This document shows positions 61,911 through 64,000 of a DNA stretch of 64,000 bases, one piece after another (the stretch's first letter is position 1; each line of letters starts with the position of its first letter). Made by a program: the position numbers and the translations under genes. The stretch spans positions 201,066,001 to 201,130,000 of the forward strand of contig NC_088793.1 of NCBI RefSeq assembly GCF_011386835.1. The letters run 5' to 3'. The notes beneath the pieces were generated by a model. That model did not search any database. It saw only the letters and a program-made list of their open reading frames with translations, and had not been told where the DNA came from. The stretch comes from Chrysemys picta bellii (taxonomy: Eukaryota).

Positions 61911-63239
61911 TGGTGGTGTTCTGGCTGCCTGATGAAGCCAGTTTAAACAGCAGAATAACAAGTAGTGAATAGCAAATGACTGCAGCTCAGGTAGGCATAC
62001 CCGAGCTAACGCGATTCTGGAGCTTCACCAGGGCAAGCTGCAGTGTAGGCTATAAAACTCACCCAGAGCCCTGGGTCAGTGTTTGCCGGGCGAGCCCACG
62101 CGGAGGTGTGCACTGCCGCCGCTTCGCTAGATTAAATCTAGCTGGGGTATCTCCCCACAAGCTACAGTCACACGCCTTGATTGCCGTTACCAGCGCACTC
62201 CCCCAGGAGCGAATTCTCCAGTGCATTGATACTGTTCAGACGCCACTAAAGCTATTTGGCTGAAGAACAGCCGTTCTGCAAGTATTTCTGTGAACAGAAC
62301 CTCATTTGTGGCAATGCTTACAGATAACCAATTAAAAAGGGCATGAAGAGGAATAAAAGAAATCACTGCTCAGAATTGTTTAGGACTTGCCTGCCTCTAC
62401 TCTGGCCAGACTCCCATCCTCCGATCAAATCCAAAAAGAAAATCAATTATTGGAAGAATCTTCATATATCATGGAAGGCTACAGTCATGGTTTTCTTATG
62501 GCACAATGCAGCAAAAGGCTGCACGAAGGGACTGATCTGAAACCTATTGAAATCAATGGCAGCCTTTCTCTTCAGTGGGCCTTTCGTCAGGCCCCAGGAG
62601 CAAAGCAGTCCAGTAACTTGATTGTTTATCTGCCTACACTATGAATTTTTTTTTTTTTTTGAGTAAACAGGCTTCCATCAATGGCAGTCTTGAAAGAAAT
62701 CAAACTACTTTTATGTTGACTTTGGCCACGAAAAGTATCTGTGGAGCAATCGCTCTAAGTCATCTCTCAGGCAGCTGTAGAAAATCCCTCATGGTTAGCT
62801 GCTTTCAGAGACAGATTTCCTTAAATGCTGTAGCATGTCTTTGAAAATGAAATGGTTGTCTCAGAACCGGCAGCATATGGGTATAGTATTAGGCACTGGG
62901 TGAGGGGTGGGGGGGGTGGGAGGAAGAGAATCAGACTCCTTCAAAGAGGGATCATTATATCCTTTCTCGTCTTCTGTAGGAAATAGCTCTGTGCTATAGA
63001 AGGCAGCCATGAAGACAGCATGATCACTGCACACCAGTCTGGATTAGACCAGATTCTCTGAAGGCAGGTTGTGCCTGATAGCCACTATCTCAAGTAGGGG
63101 CCAGATGCAACCCCTTCCTGAGCACCTCACTCCTCTGTGGATGGGCACTGCTGGACGGGAGCATGGCTCTCAGTTCCATTCCTCCGTTCCCCTGATGTGC
63201 ATGGAGGGAGCAGTCCTTGCATTCCTCTGAGTGCCGGGA

Positions 63240-63370
63240 CTGTGAGTCACAGATTATGAAGCTAGAAGGGACCATTGTGGTCACCTTGTCTGACCTCCTG
63301 TTAAAGCAGAGGCTCACACCCATTATTAGCTAAGCTAACTGGCTCTCTTGTGTGAGGTGTAAGGAACAGG
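63240..63370 (-). mobile_element. CR1 3' end fragment
   Basis: CACAGATTATGAAGCTAGAAGGGACCATTGTGGTCACCTTGTCTGACCTCCTG, the reverse complement of a CR1 terminal hairpin and tail. Confidence 0.6.
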
Positions 63371-63410
63371 TTCCTATTACTCTCCCCTCCTCTTCCCCTT
63401 CCACCCCAAG

Positions 63411-64000
63411 AAGGGCCAGCTCTACGTTTTTTGCCACCCCAAGCAAAAAAATTTTTGGCTGCCCCCCCACCCCAGCACTGGGCTCTCCCCCTCCTCACCA
63501 GTGCCCTCTCCCACCCGCACCCCCTGCCACCCCAGCCCTGGGCTCTCTTTCCCCCCCCATCTCCCCAGCACTGGGCTTTCCATCCCACCCCACCTGCACC
63601 CCCTGCCATCCCAGCCCTGGGCTCCCCCCCAACCTGTGCTGACTCTGCCCGCTCCCCCCTCGCCTCCAGCCGGTCTGGTGCTGGCAGGGTCGGGGTAAGC
63701 AGCGGGACTCCCGGGCCATGCCTCAGCCCAGGGTCCCTTCAGGCAGGGCTCCCACCTCCAGGACCGTCCAGGACCCGGGAGGGCAGAGCCGGGGGACCGC
63801 CCCGGCAGGGGGCTGAGGAGCCGGGGCAGGGTAGCCCCAAAGGGAGCGGAGCTCCGGACAGTGGGACATGGGCCCCACATGACAGCGCCCCGCCCTCTAT
63901 CGCCCCGCTGCTGCTTCTGGCCGCCCTGCCACAGTCCCTGGGCAGCTCGGGCCGCTTTGCCCAGCCCCGGCTGCGGCGCTGGGGGGGGGCGGCCGCCCTG
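63411..64000. mobile_element. hAT (Tip100-like) GC-rich non-autonomous element, cut by the window edge
   Basis: Starts AGGGCCAGCTCTACGTTTTTTGCCACCCCAAGCAAAAAAA, matching the start of the 37064 element. This is followed by tandem CCCCAGC(A/C)CTGGGCTCTCCCCC units. The right end and TSD are not visible. Confidence 0.7.

Noticed and set aside
63860-64000. Signal-peptide-like frame (IAPLLLLAALPQSLGSS) and CpG-island-like sequence at the window end
   Set aside because: There is no in-frame ATG: the ATGs at 63718, 63868 and 63879 are in other frames. The sequence is continuous with the GC-rich hAT element starting at 63411. A gene start just beyond the window cannot be fully excluded.

Overview
This is eukaryotic, vertebrate-type DNA, not prokaryotic. 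The repeat set (tRNA-head/CR1-tail PolIII SINE, CR1, RTE, Penelope-like elements, CORE/MIR and LF-SINE, many hAT and PIF/Harbinger MITEs) points to a turtle genome, probably Testudinoidea. That assignment is inferred from recalled repeat families, not from a database search. I found no host protein-coding gene that I can support. Every recognisable ORF is a decayed transposable-element ORF (RTE/CR1 reverse transcriptase, Penelope GIY-YIG endonuclease, hAT transposase C-terminus) or a spurious frame in GC-rich MITE/LTR interiors. The window looks intergenic or deep-intronic. The most interesting signals are: (1) minimal type I hammerhead-ribozyme motifs in Penelope terminal repeats, with stem covariation between two families; (2) a 1.76-kb hAT element made of two inverted 3' ends that appears to have moved as one unit (perfect 8-bp TSD), giving a fold-back structure; (3) a 95-bp-arm Penelope hairpin with a 14-bp TSD, plus a 39-43-nt unpaired tail shared by three Penelope insertions; (4) two MITEs with overlapping target sites; (5) a 5'-inverted RTE; (6) a candidate TATA/exon island near 27.5 kb. 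All alignments were done by eye, and family names are recalled rather than searched.
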